A DNA stretch of 54,557 bases, taken from assembly GCF_000485595.1 (NCBI RefSeq), contig NW_014577068.1:400379-454935 (forward strand), in the 5' to 3' direction. Shown one piece after another: positions 25,822-37,874 of this stretch. A model generated the notes under the pieces. That model saw nothing but the letters and a program-made list of their open reading frames with translations, made no database searches and was not told the DNA's origin. Made by a program: the position numbers and the translations under genes. Source of the DNA: Priapulus caudatus. Taxonomy: Eukaryota. Numbering within the stretch: the stretch's first letter is position 1; the number at the start of each line of letters is the position of its first letter.

Positions 25822-26489
25822 ACATCAACAGATCAAGACATCTCTATGAGCAATTATGTGATACGAGTAATGAATGTTTATAAAAAAATTACTTCATTGT
25901 GCTGCAGTATGTAGTTCAAATTTGGGAATAAAATTACAGAACTACTAAAATACTATATGTAAATAAATAACTATAGCATTCTGGTATAATAATGTTCATT
26001 TTAGTTTCGTATATAAAGTAGCCCATTTTAATTGCCTGTTTGATCATGTTAAATGTGCATTAGGAATGTGATGACATGACAACAGTTCTTCTATTCATTC
26101 TTATTTTATGAATAAATGGCTGCAAAATAGATAGTGTTGGCATAAAATTGGTTGTGTGGAACATTTGCGATGGTAAATCTATATCATACAGAAAACAAAA
26201 AGTAAATCACTACACCATACTTTTACATAATGGGATGTTATATCAGTGCGTAGCAGAGTTTAGGAAAGTTTGGAATATAGGCTAGCGGTGGAGGGTGCTT
26301 TTGGGTCGAGTACCCCTCCGCCCCATCGTAGAACAAAACACAACCTATTTTTTCTTCAATGGGGATGTCTGGGGAGTTAGAAAGTCATGGTTGTGAATCC
26401 GAGATCATTGCACATCACATTAATAGGAAAATTGGTTACACAGAAAATTGGTCATAAAAAAGTGTTCACACGAAGTTTACTACTGCAAA

Positions 26490-27840
26490 GTGGGAAAAGA
26501 TAGCTGGAGCAGGAAGGGAGGAGGAGCAGAGGAAGGCGAACAGAAAGGGAAGAGCAGGAAGAGAGGATAAGAGAGAGAGAGAGAGGGGGAGAACAGGATA
26601 AATTGAGTTGGAGAAGAGCAAGAGAAATGGATAGAAAGAGGAGAGAGGGGAAGTATGATCATTGGAACGGGATGTGGAGTGGTAAATGAGAATGGGAGAA
26701 TGCGGAGCAGTGGGAGGTGGCACAGGAGAACAGAGCAGGAAGAGGTGGAGGGTAGAAAGTCGAGGTGAGGAGAATATGAAGGAGGAAGCAGAGGAGAGGA
26801 GAAGGTGAAGGAGGAAGCAGAGGAGAGGAGAGGCTGGAGGAGGAGGTAGATGAGAAGAGAAGGTGTGGTAGGAGGTAGATGAGGGAAGAATGTGAAGAAG
26901 GTGGTCGAGGAGGGGAGAAGGTGTAGGAGAAGAGGAGAGGAGAGAAGAGGAGAAGGTGAGGAGAAGAGAAGAGAGGAGAGGAGAGAGGAGGAGGAAGGAA
27001 GGAGAGAGGAGGGGAGAAGGTGTAGGAGAAGGTTGATGAGGAGGTAGTCTCAGGTAGAGGAGGGGAGAAGGTTGAGCAGGAGGTAAAGAAGGGGAGAAGG
27101 AGGAGGTAAAGGAGGGGAGAAGGAGGAGGTAAAGGAGGGGAGAAGGAGGAGGTAAAGGAGGGGAGGATGAGGAGGTAAAGGAGGGGAGAAGGAGGAGGTA
27201 AATGAGGGGAGATAGAGGAGGTAAAGGAGGGGAGAAGGAGAAAAAGGAGGTGAGAAGGAGGTGAAAAGGAGGGGAGGAGGAGGTAGATGAGGGGAAAAGG
27301 TCGAGGAGGTAGAGAAGGGTTGAAACGTTGGAGGTAGAGAACGTTGAGGAGGAGGAGGTAGAGGAAGGGAGAAAATAGAGGAGGAGGGGAGAAGGTGCAG
27401 GAGGGACGAGAGAGGTGACACATACGATGAGGTAAACGATGATGGTAGAAGGTAGGCCTCTCCTGTACCTCCTCCTTCTCTACCTCCTTTCGCCTCCTGT
27501 ATCCCCTCCTCGTTTATCTCCTTCATCCTCCTCCACCTCATCTTTCCTTTTCCGCTCTTCTCCCCTCTTACCCTCCTTAACCAGCTCCCTCATTCTCCAC
27601 CTCTCCCACCCTCTCCTCTTCTACTTCCTACTCTACTGTCAACATCTTCTCCACCCCATCCATTCTTCTCCTCTGTCACTTTCTTCGTTCTTCACCTTTC
27701 TCCCTCTTCCCGTGCCCTCCTTCCCTATACCCTTCTCTTGCTCATATCCTTCTCTTGCTTTAATTCCTCCACCTCAATTTACTGCATTCTCGTTAACGTT
27801 TCTCTCTCTCTCTCTCATGCTTCTTTCCTCCTCGACCTCC
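26490..27840. repeat. Low-complexity purine tract (~26490-27450) followed by pyrimidine tract (~27455-27840)
   Basis: GGA/GAG-rich stretch with a ~22-bp unit (GGAGGAGGTAAAGGAGGGGAGAA-like) switches at GGTAGGCCTCTCC to CCT/TC-rich sequence. Confidence 0.85.
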
Positions 27841-28449
27841 TGTTCGACTTTCGTGTGCCTAATTTTCCATGTTATCAATTTGCTTGTGACGCTTTATTGT
27901 CATAGAGCGCAATAGGGAACTCCGTCATTTCTACGTGTAGCACACTACTACACTGTAGCACTAAGCACACTGACACTGTAGCAGTTTTTCACTAGGGTAG
28001 TAGGCCCCTACAGGCTAACCGGCTTTGCAGCTATGATGCACCTGCGTAGAATGTCTTGTGCTTTGTGTAGCGTGTATGTAATATATAGCATATATAAAAT
28101 GTATATTAGCGGATAGGAAATCTGCAACCTAATATTGCTCATTTTAAATATACCTACCCCTAACGGCTCCCTTCACTCAGATGATCCTCTTAATATAGAT
28201 CAAATATCAGCTCCCTATATTCGATGTTTGTATCCATAACCACCACACTAACTCCCTCTCCGCTGGGGTTATAACGTCTTCTTCGGTCTTCGCAATTAAT
28301 CTTTTTCGCTTGTCATCTTTTTTCAATAAATTCTGCTTGTCCTCCACGCGTTTCTTATATGCTCTACATTTTCTCTGTTTACGTGACAAAATTACAGAAT
28401 GATTTCTTCCATTCATAACTGTGCTTGTTTACTTCTTTTGGCCGAAATT

Positions 28450-30470
28450 CTATTTTGGCCGCATCTTTAATTATATAATAAAACTAAATGTGAGGAGTGG
28501 AAAAACAGAGGGTTTTCTTGAACGCATTGCTTGCGTAATGCGTAACGTGTAGCGCGGGGTAATATATTGAGGTGAATATATGTGTCATATTGCGACCGAC
28601 TGTAGCTTGTACTTCTGAACGTTCGCCATGGCCGATCACCATAATACGTATGGCAATCTCCGCCCCTAAATCCCTGAGCCGGGTCAAATGACGTCGCTAA
28701 ACCTCGGCTGGGGCGTGTAACTACTAACTAGGTCACATATACACGTAATGATAGCGCTTTCGGACCTATACTTGTGACTCGTGAATACAATCGTGTTTTT
28801 CTAAAGCTTTGTCTTATTAAAAATTGTGACTATACGTACGTTATTCCTAATTGATATTATGTATCCTCATATATACTGTGTAGGATATGCATAGAGAGGG
28901 GCGGGACATATACACGTACGTTCATGCTATGAGTCGCAAGTGTTTGTTTACTAATTCAAACGACATGAGAAATTAGGAAACACACACACGCGCGCACGCA
29001 CGCACTCACGCACTCGCGCTTACACACAGTACACCTTGCACACACATAGCAAAATTGCCAATACTTGCGGGTCCCTGCCTACAATACAACGCCGGAGATT
29101 AGTAAAAATTCAATTAAGTAGGCCTAACAGCAAAATTATATAATTGGCTAGACTATAGTGTATCTAATTAATTTTAGGCAACAGAGCAATTGCAAGAGCA
29201 GGAACTCTCGGAACTCATTTTTGTAAATGTGATTTTGTAAAGGCGCGGCTGCGTGATCGACAAAATGTACGCCGTGGCCTTGGTCATGTTGTGCTTGGCT
29301 GGTTCTATATATAGGATCCGTAAAAAGACGTCAACACATCATTCTGCCTGAAGGCTAAAGTACCACATATGTAATCAGCGTCACATACTATAATTTTATA
29401 CACACGCACGTGCGCAGCAGCACGTACTCACCTACGTACACACGACGTAGGCCTATACGCACTCGATCATTACACTATGTGCGTCAGTGCGTAAGCCGCA
29501 CATGCATGTATGTGTACTTTATAATATAAAGATGTTATGTTGACGGACGCAGGTATATGGACACTATATATGGGCCGTACAGTTTGTCAGTAACTATCTT
29601 AATTAATACACGCCCAAGGCTTGGTCGGTCATGCAGACTCCTTTGAAAAATAAATGGGCAATAATGGAAGTACCATTCAATAATAGCTCTGTTGACTAAA
29701 ATAGAGAAATAGTCTGGCCAATTATCTATTTTCGTTATTACACCCAATTTAAGTTTCTAATGCTGCGCAAGCCTATACAATTTTTGCAAAATATGTTTCG
29801 CAATGTTGCGCAATTTTGCGATTTTGCAGCGCACTGCGCAATAATAATATCGACCGGCATGCAGTGGCTTCCGTGGGGATTTATGTGGAGCAGTTGTACA
29901 TACACGCGCGCGCGTGCGCACGCACGCACTAGCTGGCAGCGTGCCAATATACCGGGTAACGGCATTGGTCGCCTGGCTGCGAATTTTTTTCCCTACACGT
30001 CATATCCATTGGGCTATTTGGGTTTGGGGAAACACTATCTATGGTGTGGTCAAATCAAAGCAGCCAATCAGAGGAGCCCAATGGATATAACGTGTAGGAA
30101 AAAAAAATTCGCAGCCGGGCTAGCTGTACAAATATGTCCGAGCCACTTTTAAATTTATAATTACGCCTATATATATAACTTCAATATTGTAGTGATAATT
30201 TTTGCAAGTTAACAATAATCCGTAAAAGTTATATATATACATATATATATAGGCCCTATGTCACCGACAGGCGACACAAATATATCCTATACTATAGTAA
30301 TCCACTGATTATTTTGTTCGATCAAATGAAACAATACGGTATACCAACCATAGTGAAGCAAAAAGGTTGTAACATATGGTTTGATAGCCTTTTAATAAAT
30401 TACATAAATGTATACAATATTACAAGTATAATTAAAAAATATATCAACCAAAGTGGAACTATATATATAT
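28450..30470 (+). repeat. Left arm of ~2-kb inverted duplication
   Basis: Collinear reverse-complement match to ~34050-36210 throughout (e.g. GCATTGCTTGCGTAATGCGTAACGTGTAGCGCGG ~28524 vs CCGCGCTACACGTTACGCATTACGCAAGCAATGC ~36105; ATAGAGAAATAGTCTGGCCAATTATCTA ~29701 vs ~34829). Confidence 0.92.
29971..30120. mobile_element. 150-bp hairpin MITE (second copy at ~34428-34587 in the other arm)
   Basis: GCCTGGCTGCGAATTTTTTTCCCTACACGTCATATCCATTGGGCT ... AGCCCAATGGATATAACGTGTAGGAAAAAAAAATTCGCAGCCGGGC. Confidence 0.75.
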
Positions 30471-30485
30471 ATATANNNNNNNNNN

Positions 30486-30617
30486 CTAATTATCAAGTTT
30501 CGTCCGTTTAAGCACCCGCCGCACACGTGAGTTTTAAAATGATCATGCGTCATTTATACTTGAGTAAATAACTCACGTGTGCGCCGGGTGCTTAAACGGA
30601 CGAAACTTGATAATTAG
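30486..30617. repeat. Near-perfect hairpin (~48-bp arms) immediately after the N gap
   Basis: CTAATTATCAAGTTTCGTCCGTTTAAGCACCCGCCGCACACGTGAGTT ... AACTCACGTGTGCGCCGGGTGCTTAAACGGACGAAACTTGATAATTAG. Confidence 0.9.
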
Positions 30618-31637
30618 CCTAGATCTACTCTTATTGTATATATTATTATACTTATATCAGAGCTACGATAATAATGTAATAAATATCAAGAGCTAATAAA
30701 TACTAAGTATTTATTAGCTGCTTGAAATACTGTATATATCAGGGGTTAATAAAACAATATATTATTTAATGTTAATGATAAATATTACTTTTATCAATTT
30801 GATCTTTATTACCCCCTGATATACATTACTATAATATAGTACCTATATATTATATATCCAATTCACCCAATCCAATTACCCATCCACTCCATTTCACCCA
30901 ACCACCGATCGTCGTCCGTACGTCCGTCCGTCCACCATCCCAACTCCATCCATCTATCTATCTATCATATTTTTTCGTTTCTCATTTTCTCGGCTACCCA
31001 TCTCTCTTCTCCCTCGACCTGTGGGGCCATGGATGGCAGCGGCGCCGAGGATTGACACTTTGTGTCTTCATCCAGCCATACGCCGCACCAGTCTTTTTAT
31101 ATTCTTCTATAGCAATGGCGGAACCCATTGACCACCAATCGACGATCTCAGGCAACTTTAGGGACATTCGCTGTACTAAGTATAGAATCAGTTTCCGTAC
31201 GATAAATTTATCCCAAATACGAAAAATAAGCGCTGTTAGCGCAACTGTCGCTACGTCTCTCTGTTACATTTTTCGCATCTCCGTAAATCAGCCTTCTTCC
31301 GTTGAATGAGAACCATGAATGTGGGGCGTCACCGACGTGACAGTATTACATGTACCGCCTGTTTTTCGCCAGCCTGTTATTTTCGTTAAATATTGAATGC
31401 CCCGGTCGATATTGCATTTCGCATTGAAGTGGAAAAATTTTTTGGATTTTTTCACTCGCATGTCGAAAGTGAACGAGTGCGTCATCATTGAACAGTTTTG
31501 GAGTTTTTCTTCAATATTAAATAATTTCCGAAAATCCCTAACTGCCGCTTACTCGAATATGTTTTTAGCAGATGAACCAGTTAGCTGTCGTGATGGGTGT
31601 GACAGGTTCTTTTGCCAGCGCGCCTTATGGGCTTGGC

Positions 31638-33900
31638 TTAATTATTCCCCCGTACACCGGCGGGGGTGGCGTCCTTACTGCGGCTGACTACGGGTTGGAG
31701 ACGACGCGAAATGGGCCCAGAGCGCGCCAAGGTTTGCCATAAAGGTCGCGTATAAGCCGTGGTGGAAGACGCCAGACTCGTGGATTGTGGGTCGCCATGC
31801 GTCGGCCTAATGATCGCCGAGTACACGAGCGTTTGTTTTGATGTGCATGTTCAAAACAAACGCCCACAGGTTCGGCGAATCTGACTGGAACGCGGTGAGA
31901 GACGCGGTGGGGTCGCCAAGGTTGTGAGACAAGCGCCGTAACATCTCCATAAACGTAGTTACAACGACGCAAGTAACACGCGTGGCAAGTACCGCTGCGG
32001 AAAATGAAGTAACATTTTGCAACGGCGCACTATCATGGATTCTGTCTCATCCGATCTGCCGAACTGTTTCATGCCGATTCTGTCTCGGCCACGCGGGCCT
32101 CGGCCTATGGTAGCTTGTTTCTCTTCGGCATTCGTGTTTCTACTCAGCAACGGCCAAACTTACACGTTAAATTTTTCGAAAATCGTACCAGACTTATATA
32201 GTCGCCGTGAGAAGTGGTTTAGAAACGCCGTGACGGTCCGCCGTGCAGTCGCGATACACGGTAGGAAGACGCGTGGTAAGACCCCATAGAGCGTGGGTGA
32301 TGGGAGCGCCCGCAGGGAACGCCGGTGATCGCGTTAGCAAGCCCCATAGATCTCAATGAAACGCATAAGCCGCGAGAAGAGGTCGTGGCAGAGCGGCCCG
32401 TGAGAGAACGCGCGTATGATCGCAACGGGTCGCGCGTAAGAGCGCGGTTTTTTTGGCAAGTTTGAATTTGTTCGGACTTTTTTGGCGTTGTGTTCGCGTT
32501 TGCGCGGACGACCTTGTACATTGTTCCTGAGTTCGCCGTACCCGCGTCGGGATTTGGTCGCCGTCCGCGTGTGGAGGGGGTATTCAGCGGGGCCTACGAA
32601 ATAGATATTCGAGGCAGGCACTCGCCAACACGCGTGTCTATTCCCGTCCGTTTACATCATAGCCTTTGTTGACGTACGGTCGTTCGGGAGTTCTGCGATG
32701 ATAACCTGAGTAATTTCGCCAGATTTCTTAAGGCATGCATTGGAACATTTTTTTAGCCAACTTTAAGTCGGTATCAGTATGTCACGCGTATGTCACCGTA
32801 AGTACGTCCCGTATATGCTTCCATACGATCTCACCTAGTTTTGCACACAGGCGGTCGATCACTTGTGAAAAATTAGTTAGTGTGAATAATTATTGTATTG
32901 AGACGCTCCAAGTGCCTGTGCTTTCTAACAGGTCTTTGTACTTCAATGCACGTCGCCGTCATTAAGCAAGCCACAAAATCAACACAATTCATCTACTTGT
33001 ATTGTTGAGCCTGAGTTGCGTGATTTGATTAGGGGGGCGTGCAAGTAAACAGAGGGAGAATATTTCTTTTGGCTGACTGTTCCGAAAAAAACACAATTTC
33101 CACTTTGTCAATTCATGGCGATCATTTTCAAATTGAGGGAGCACTCTGCATGCATGCTAATGGACCCCCAACACGCCATTTGACTGACTTATATAGCCAA
33201 GAAATTCAAAGGTTGGTATATTGCTCTCTATTTAGCCGCCGATAGTATATTATTTAAATAGAAAGTCTTATTGTTATCTTCTAAACACTCCGGACATCCG
33301 CTGCAACCGCTGTGGAAGACGTGCGCCGGGCCTCGAATGGCGCACGTCTCCACTGTGGACAGCGCTTCTACTTGGAAACATCCAGGTCTGGCGTGCGCAC
33401 ATTATCCCGCGACGGAACTGGCGCTCCTCATCCACGGGCAGACCGCTCAGGATCACCAGCAAAGCCGTGTGCACGCAATTAATCTTTGTAATCTGTCTTC
33501 TCTGGATTTTTCTTCTATCGTTCTATAGTTCACAGTCGCTCTCTCTCTCTCTCCTCTTCTCTCTCTCTCTCTCGCTCTCTCTCTCTCTCTTCTTTCTGCT
33601 CTCTCTCTTCTCCTCTCGCCTTTTTCATCTCGGCTACAAGATAAAGCTAACTATCTTCTTGACCCGTAAGCGAAACTTAAGAGTCTGATATAATCTTCAA
33701 TATCAAAGCATCCAGTTAATGATAGAATGAGTACACATAGCACCGAACTGTTCTGTGTCGGGTTTTCTATCAACCGAGAACTAGTTGTAGCGGAACAATG
33801 GCGTCTTTTTCTTGGACTCATGGCGCATCCGGGCTGTTGCGTCATATGTTTACACTTTACACATGCTCTGCTTTACAGCAGCTTGTCGGTACGTACATTG
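31638..33900 (-). pseudogene. Frameshifted ORF-like stretches of unknown identity between the inverted arms
   Basis: GC-richer than flanks; protein-like text can be stitched across frameshifts on the minus strand (e.g. ...KFKLAKKPRSYARPVAIIRAFSHGPLCHDLFSRLMRFIEIYG...VLPRVFLPCIATARRTVTAFLNHFSRRLYKSGTIFEKFNV* ending ~32160). No family recognised with confidence. Confidence 0.3.
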
Positions 33901-34049
33901 CATGCCGAGTCGTAAACGTTCGGCCGCACGCACAGTATACAGATAGAGATATAGCGATCAGAAAGCGATCTCTGTACGTTCGGTGTTTCAGCGTGATTGC
34001 GCCATAAGCATAAACACAACGGCACACTATATTAATTTTTATTATATAT

Positions 34050-36210
34050 AGATTATCATAGTTCACTTTGAGTTGATACTATTTTTCTAATATATGACTA
34101 TGTAATATTGTGTACATATTATGTATTTATAAAGGCTATCAACCACTATGTTACACCTTTTAGCTTCACATGGTTGGTATATCACCGTTAATTGTTTCAT
34201 TTGATCGAACCAAATTATCAGTGGATTACTATAGTATATGGGATATATTTGTCTCGCTGTCAGGATGACATGAGGGACCCTACCTATATATATGTTATAT
34301 AATAAACCTTTGTTACGGCATTGATTGTTTAACTTGGCCAAAATTATCACATACTGTAATTGACAGTATATATATATAGGGTTAATTACTAAATTTAAAA
34401 GTGGCTCGGACAATATTCTGTACAGCTAGCCCGGCTGCGAATTTTTTGTTTCCATACACGTTAATATCATGGGCTCCTCTGATTGGGCTGCCCTTTGATT
34501 GACCACACCATACGATAGGTTTTCCCCAAACCCAAAATAAGACCCAATGGATTATGACGTGTAGGAAAAAAAAATTCGCAGCAGGCGACCAATGGCGTTA
34601 CCGGTATATTGGCACGGCTGCCAGCTAGTGCGCTGCGGTTCTCTGCGCGCGCGCGCGCGTGTATGTTACAATGTCACATAAATGCCATGGAGCCACCTGC
34701 ATGCCGGTCGATATTATTTATTGCGCACTGCGCCTGCAAAATCGCAACGAGTGCCGAAACATATTTTGCAAAAATTGTATCAGCGCTTGCGCAGCATTAG
34801 AAACTTACATGGGTGTAATAACGAAAAATAGATAATTGGCCAGACTATTTCTCTATTTTAGTCCAACAGAGCCTATTACTTGAATCAGCGTACTTCCATT
34901 ATTGCCCATTTATTTTGCACAAGGAGTCTTGCATGCCTGGACAAGCCTTGGGCGTGTATAATTTAAGATAGTTACTGACAAAAACCTGTAGGGGCCCATC
35001 AATATAGTGATCCATATACCTGCTCTCCGTCAACATACACATCTTATATATTACTAAAAGCTACACATACCATGCTATGTGCGGCCTACGCCGCACCAAC
35101 ATGACGACACATAAGTCGTAATGATCGAGTGCGTCTATCAGCGCCTACGTTGTGTGTACGTAGGTGAAGTACGTGCTGCTTAGCGCACAGTGCGTCGTGT
35201 ATAAGAATCATATATGTACTGTGACGCTGATTACATATGGGGTACTTTAGCCTTCTAGGCAGATGAAATGTGTTGACGTCTTTTTACGCGATTGCCATAT
35301 ATATAGAACCAGGCCAAGCCACAAATGACCGAAGGCCACGGCGTAACATTTTGTCCGATCACGCAGCCGCGCCTTTTACAAATCACTTCTACAAAAATTG
35401 AGTTTCGACGAGTTCTTGCTCTTTGCAATTGCTCTGTTGACTAAAAATTAATATAGATTACACTCTAGTCGTAGCCAATTATCTCAATCTTGCCTGTTAG
35501 GCCTACTTAATTGAATTTTTTAACTAATATCGGTTAGTATGTGTAGGCAGGGACCGCAAGTATTGGCAATTTTCTATGCTGTGGTGCCAAAGGTGTACTG
35601 TGTGTAAGCGCGACGTGCTGAAGTGCAGTGCGTGCGCGCGCAGCCCCTTAAGTGTGTGTGTTTCTAATTTCTATGTGTCGCTTTGAATATAAACAAACAC
35701 TTTGCGATCAGTAGCTAATGAACGTACCGTGTTATATGTCCGCCCCTCTCTATGCCATATCCTAACAGTATATAATGAGGTAACATGATATCAAATTAAT
35801 AACGTACGTATTCACAATTTTTAATAAGACGCAAAGCTTTAGAAAACCACGATTGGTATTCACGAGGCTACAAGTATAGGCCCGAAAGGCCATTCATTAC
35901 GTGTATATGTGACCTAGTTAGTAGTTACACGCCCACAGCCGAGGATTTAGGCGACGTATTTTGACGCCCCGGCTCACTCGGATTTAGGGGCGGAGATTGC
36001 ATACGTATTCGGTGATCGGCCGATGAGAAGAAACGTTCAAGACAGTAATCAAAGCTACGCTCGGTCCAATATGACACATATAGATTTCCACTCAATTAAT
36101 CTTACCGCGCTACACGTTACGCATTACGCAAGCAATGCGTCAAGAAACACTCTGTTTTTCCACTCTCATTTAGTTTTATTCATTTAATTAAAGATGCGCG
36201 CAAATGAATA
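34050..36210 (-). repeat. Right arm of ~2-kb inverted duplication (indel-rich copy)
   Basis: Reverse complement of 28450-30470; differences are dominated by 1-2-nt indels. Confidence 0.92.
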
Positions 36211-37638
36211 ATCTGATTTTCGTTGAGTAATTTGACGCATGCGTCATTTTACTCACGTGTGCGGCGGATTTTCGTTGAGTAATTTGACTCGCCGCGTTGT
36301 ACACTCAAATTTCTAATGCTGCGCAATCCTGTACAATTTTTGCAATCTTTCGCAATTTTGCAAATTTTCGGCGTAGGAATAAGCGCTGCGCAACAATATA
36401 TCTTATACACCAGGCACATACAGACTGGCGGCTGGTTTACAAATGCAGTACATATTTACGAGCGTCGAGTCACGCAGATCGCAGGCAGGTCCTGGCGGTG
36501 TCCGGCGGAAACGGTAGCAGCGAGCAGGTGAGATCAGCGGAACCTAGCTGGTGCTGACAGCGTCGGGAGCTGTCAGGCACCGTGGAACCGTGTCTGTCTT
36601 CTTGTCGAAACTGTTCGGTATACTGGAGGAATGCATGGCCTGAGCGTGGTCAAGGCCTTGTTGACAATGGTGGTGCAAGACGTGTCCTTCTCCAGAATTT
36701 TATGGACAACTGAAGGTGAGACTTCCTTCTCTAGCGTGAGAACGGCGGTCGGAGTCTTTGTAGATATGGTGGAGGCGTCGATGGGAGTTTCTCGAAGCCC
36801 TCGTCAAACAGCCTTCTATTGGTACTAAAGCGTCATCGGCACGCTTTGTGCCATACCGCTGCTGCCACGTGCACGCGACGTGTTCGGCTCGCCAATGCTG
36901 AAAGTATGGCACAGATTTGACCCTGGTTGGGTTGTGCTAGAGTCCTAGGTTGTGCGACACCGGTGTTAGAGGTCCCGCTGTGTCACGCACGCCCGGCGTT
37001 CGCGGCTTGTCATAAGACTCGTAGCAGTCGTCACCTTGAGCGGGTCGTAACTTTTACTCGTGTTCTAGTGACTCAGTTTCTCGGGATGGCTGGGTGGCGT
37101 CCTTCGCTTGTTACCTTGGCTGTTACTAAAATAACCTATGACGTGATCTGCATGCTTACATTTAATGACCCGTGTCGCTGGGTTTTTATACTAGGTTAAT
37201 TAATTCGATATCTACGTCACTACACATCTCCTGCGATCAACATTTTAAAAAAGTTCTGGGGGAGGACCCCCATATACCCCCGCTTGTTTCACCCCCTCCT
37301 TTTATATATCTTGGTAGCAGGGAACAACGAATAAAAATGTCGCTTTTATGCATGGCGCATGAAACAAAGATTGCAGAGCTGAGAAGTGGGGGAACGTAGG
37401 GTGTGGAGATGGAGGCGGAGGAACCACCCACCCTTTTAAGTCATCCACAATTTTGCGCAGTTTGCTGTTTCCCCCCCCCCCTGTTAAAAAATCCTCGCTA
37501 CGCCACTGGATCGGGTTTCCAACTCCCTTCTTCATGCTCAACCACTGGCACAGACAGTCAGGCAAGCAGGTGATCATGCACTGTCTGCCAGGTGGGCACT
37601 GTCGATTTACAGATCTTGTTTTGGAGCTATAGTGTTTA

Positions 37639-37874
37639 GGCCAAACAAAAAAATAGGTGTGCATCGAAAACAAAAGTAGGGTAGGTAAATAGGGCTTTTT
37701 TTTGCTATAAAGTGGTGTATAGGTAGGGATAAATTAGTCCAGAACGTGTTTGTAGTAAAAAATCTCAAGTTTTGTCTGTCAAATGTTTTTTTTTTGTAAA
37801 AAAAAGTTTTGGGTCGGCCCTAATAATCTAGGGACGGTCGCTCGACCGGAAACACACATATTTTTTGTTTAGCC
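37639..37874. mobile_element. PIF/Harbinger-like MITE (TTA target duplication)
   Basis: TTA|GGCCAAACAAAAAAATAGGTGTG ... CACACATATTTTTTGTTTAGCC|TTA. Confidence 0.75.

Noticed and set aside
26466..27915. Pro/Ser/Leu-rich ORFs up to 254 aa
   Set aside because: Low-complexity purine/pyrimidine tracts lack stops by composition.
28450..36210. Autonomous Polinton/Maverick or DDE transposon
   Set aside because: No pPolB, integrase, ATPase, capsid or transposase motifs seen, and no TSD or (AG)n termini; kept only as an unclassified inverted duplication.
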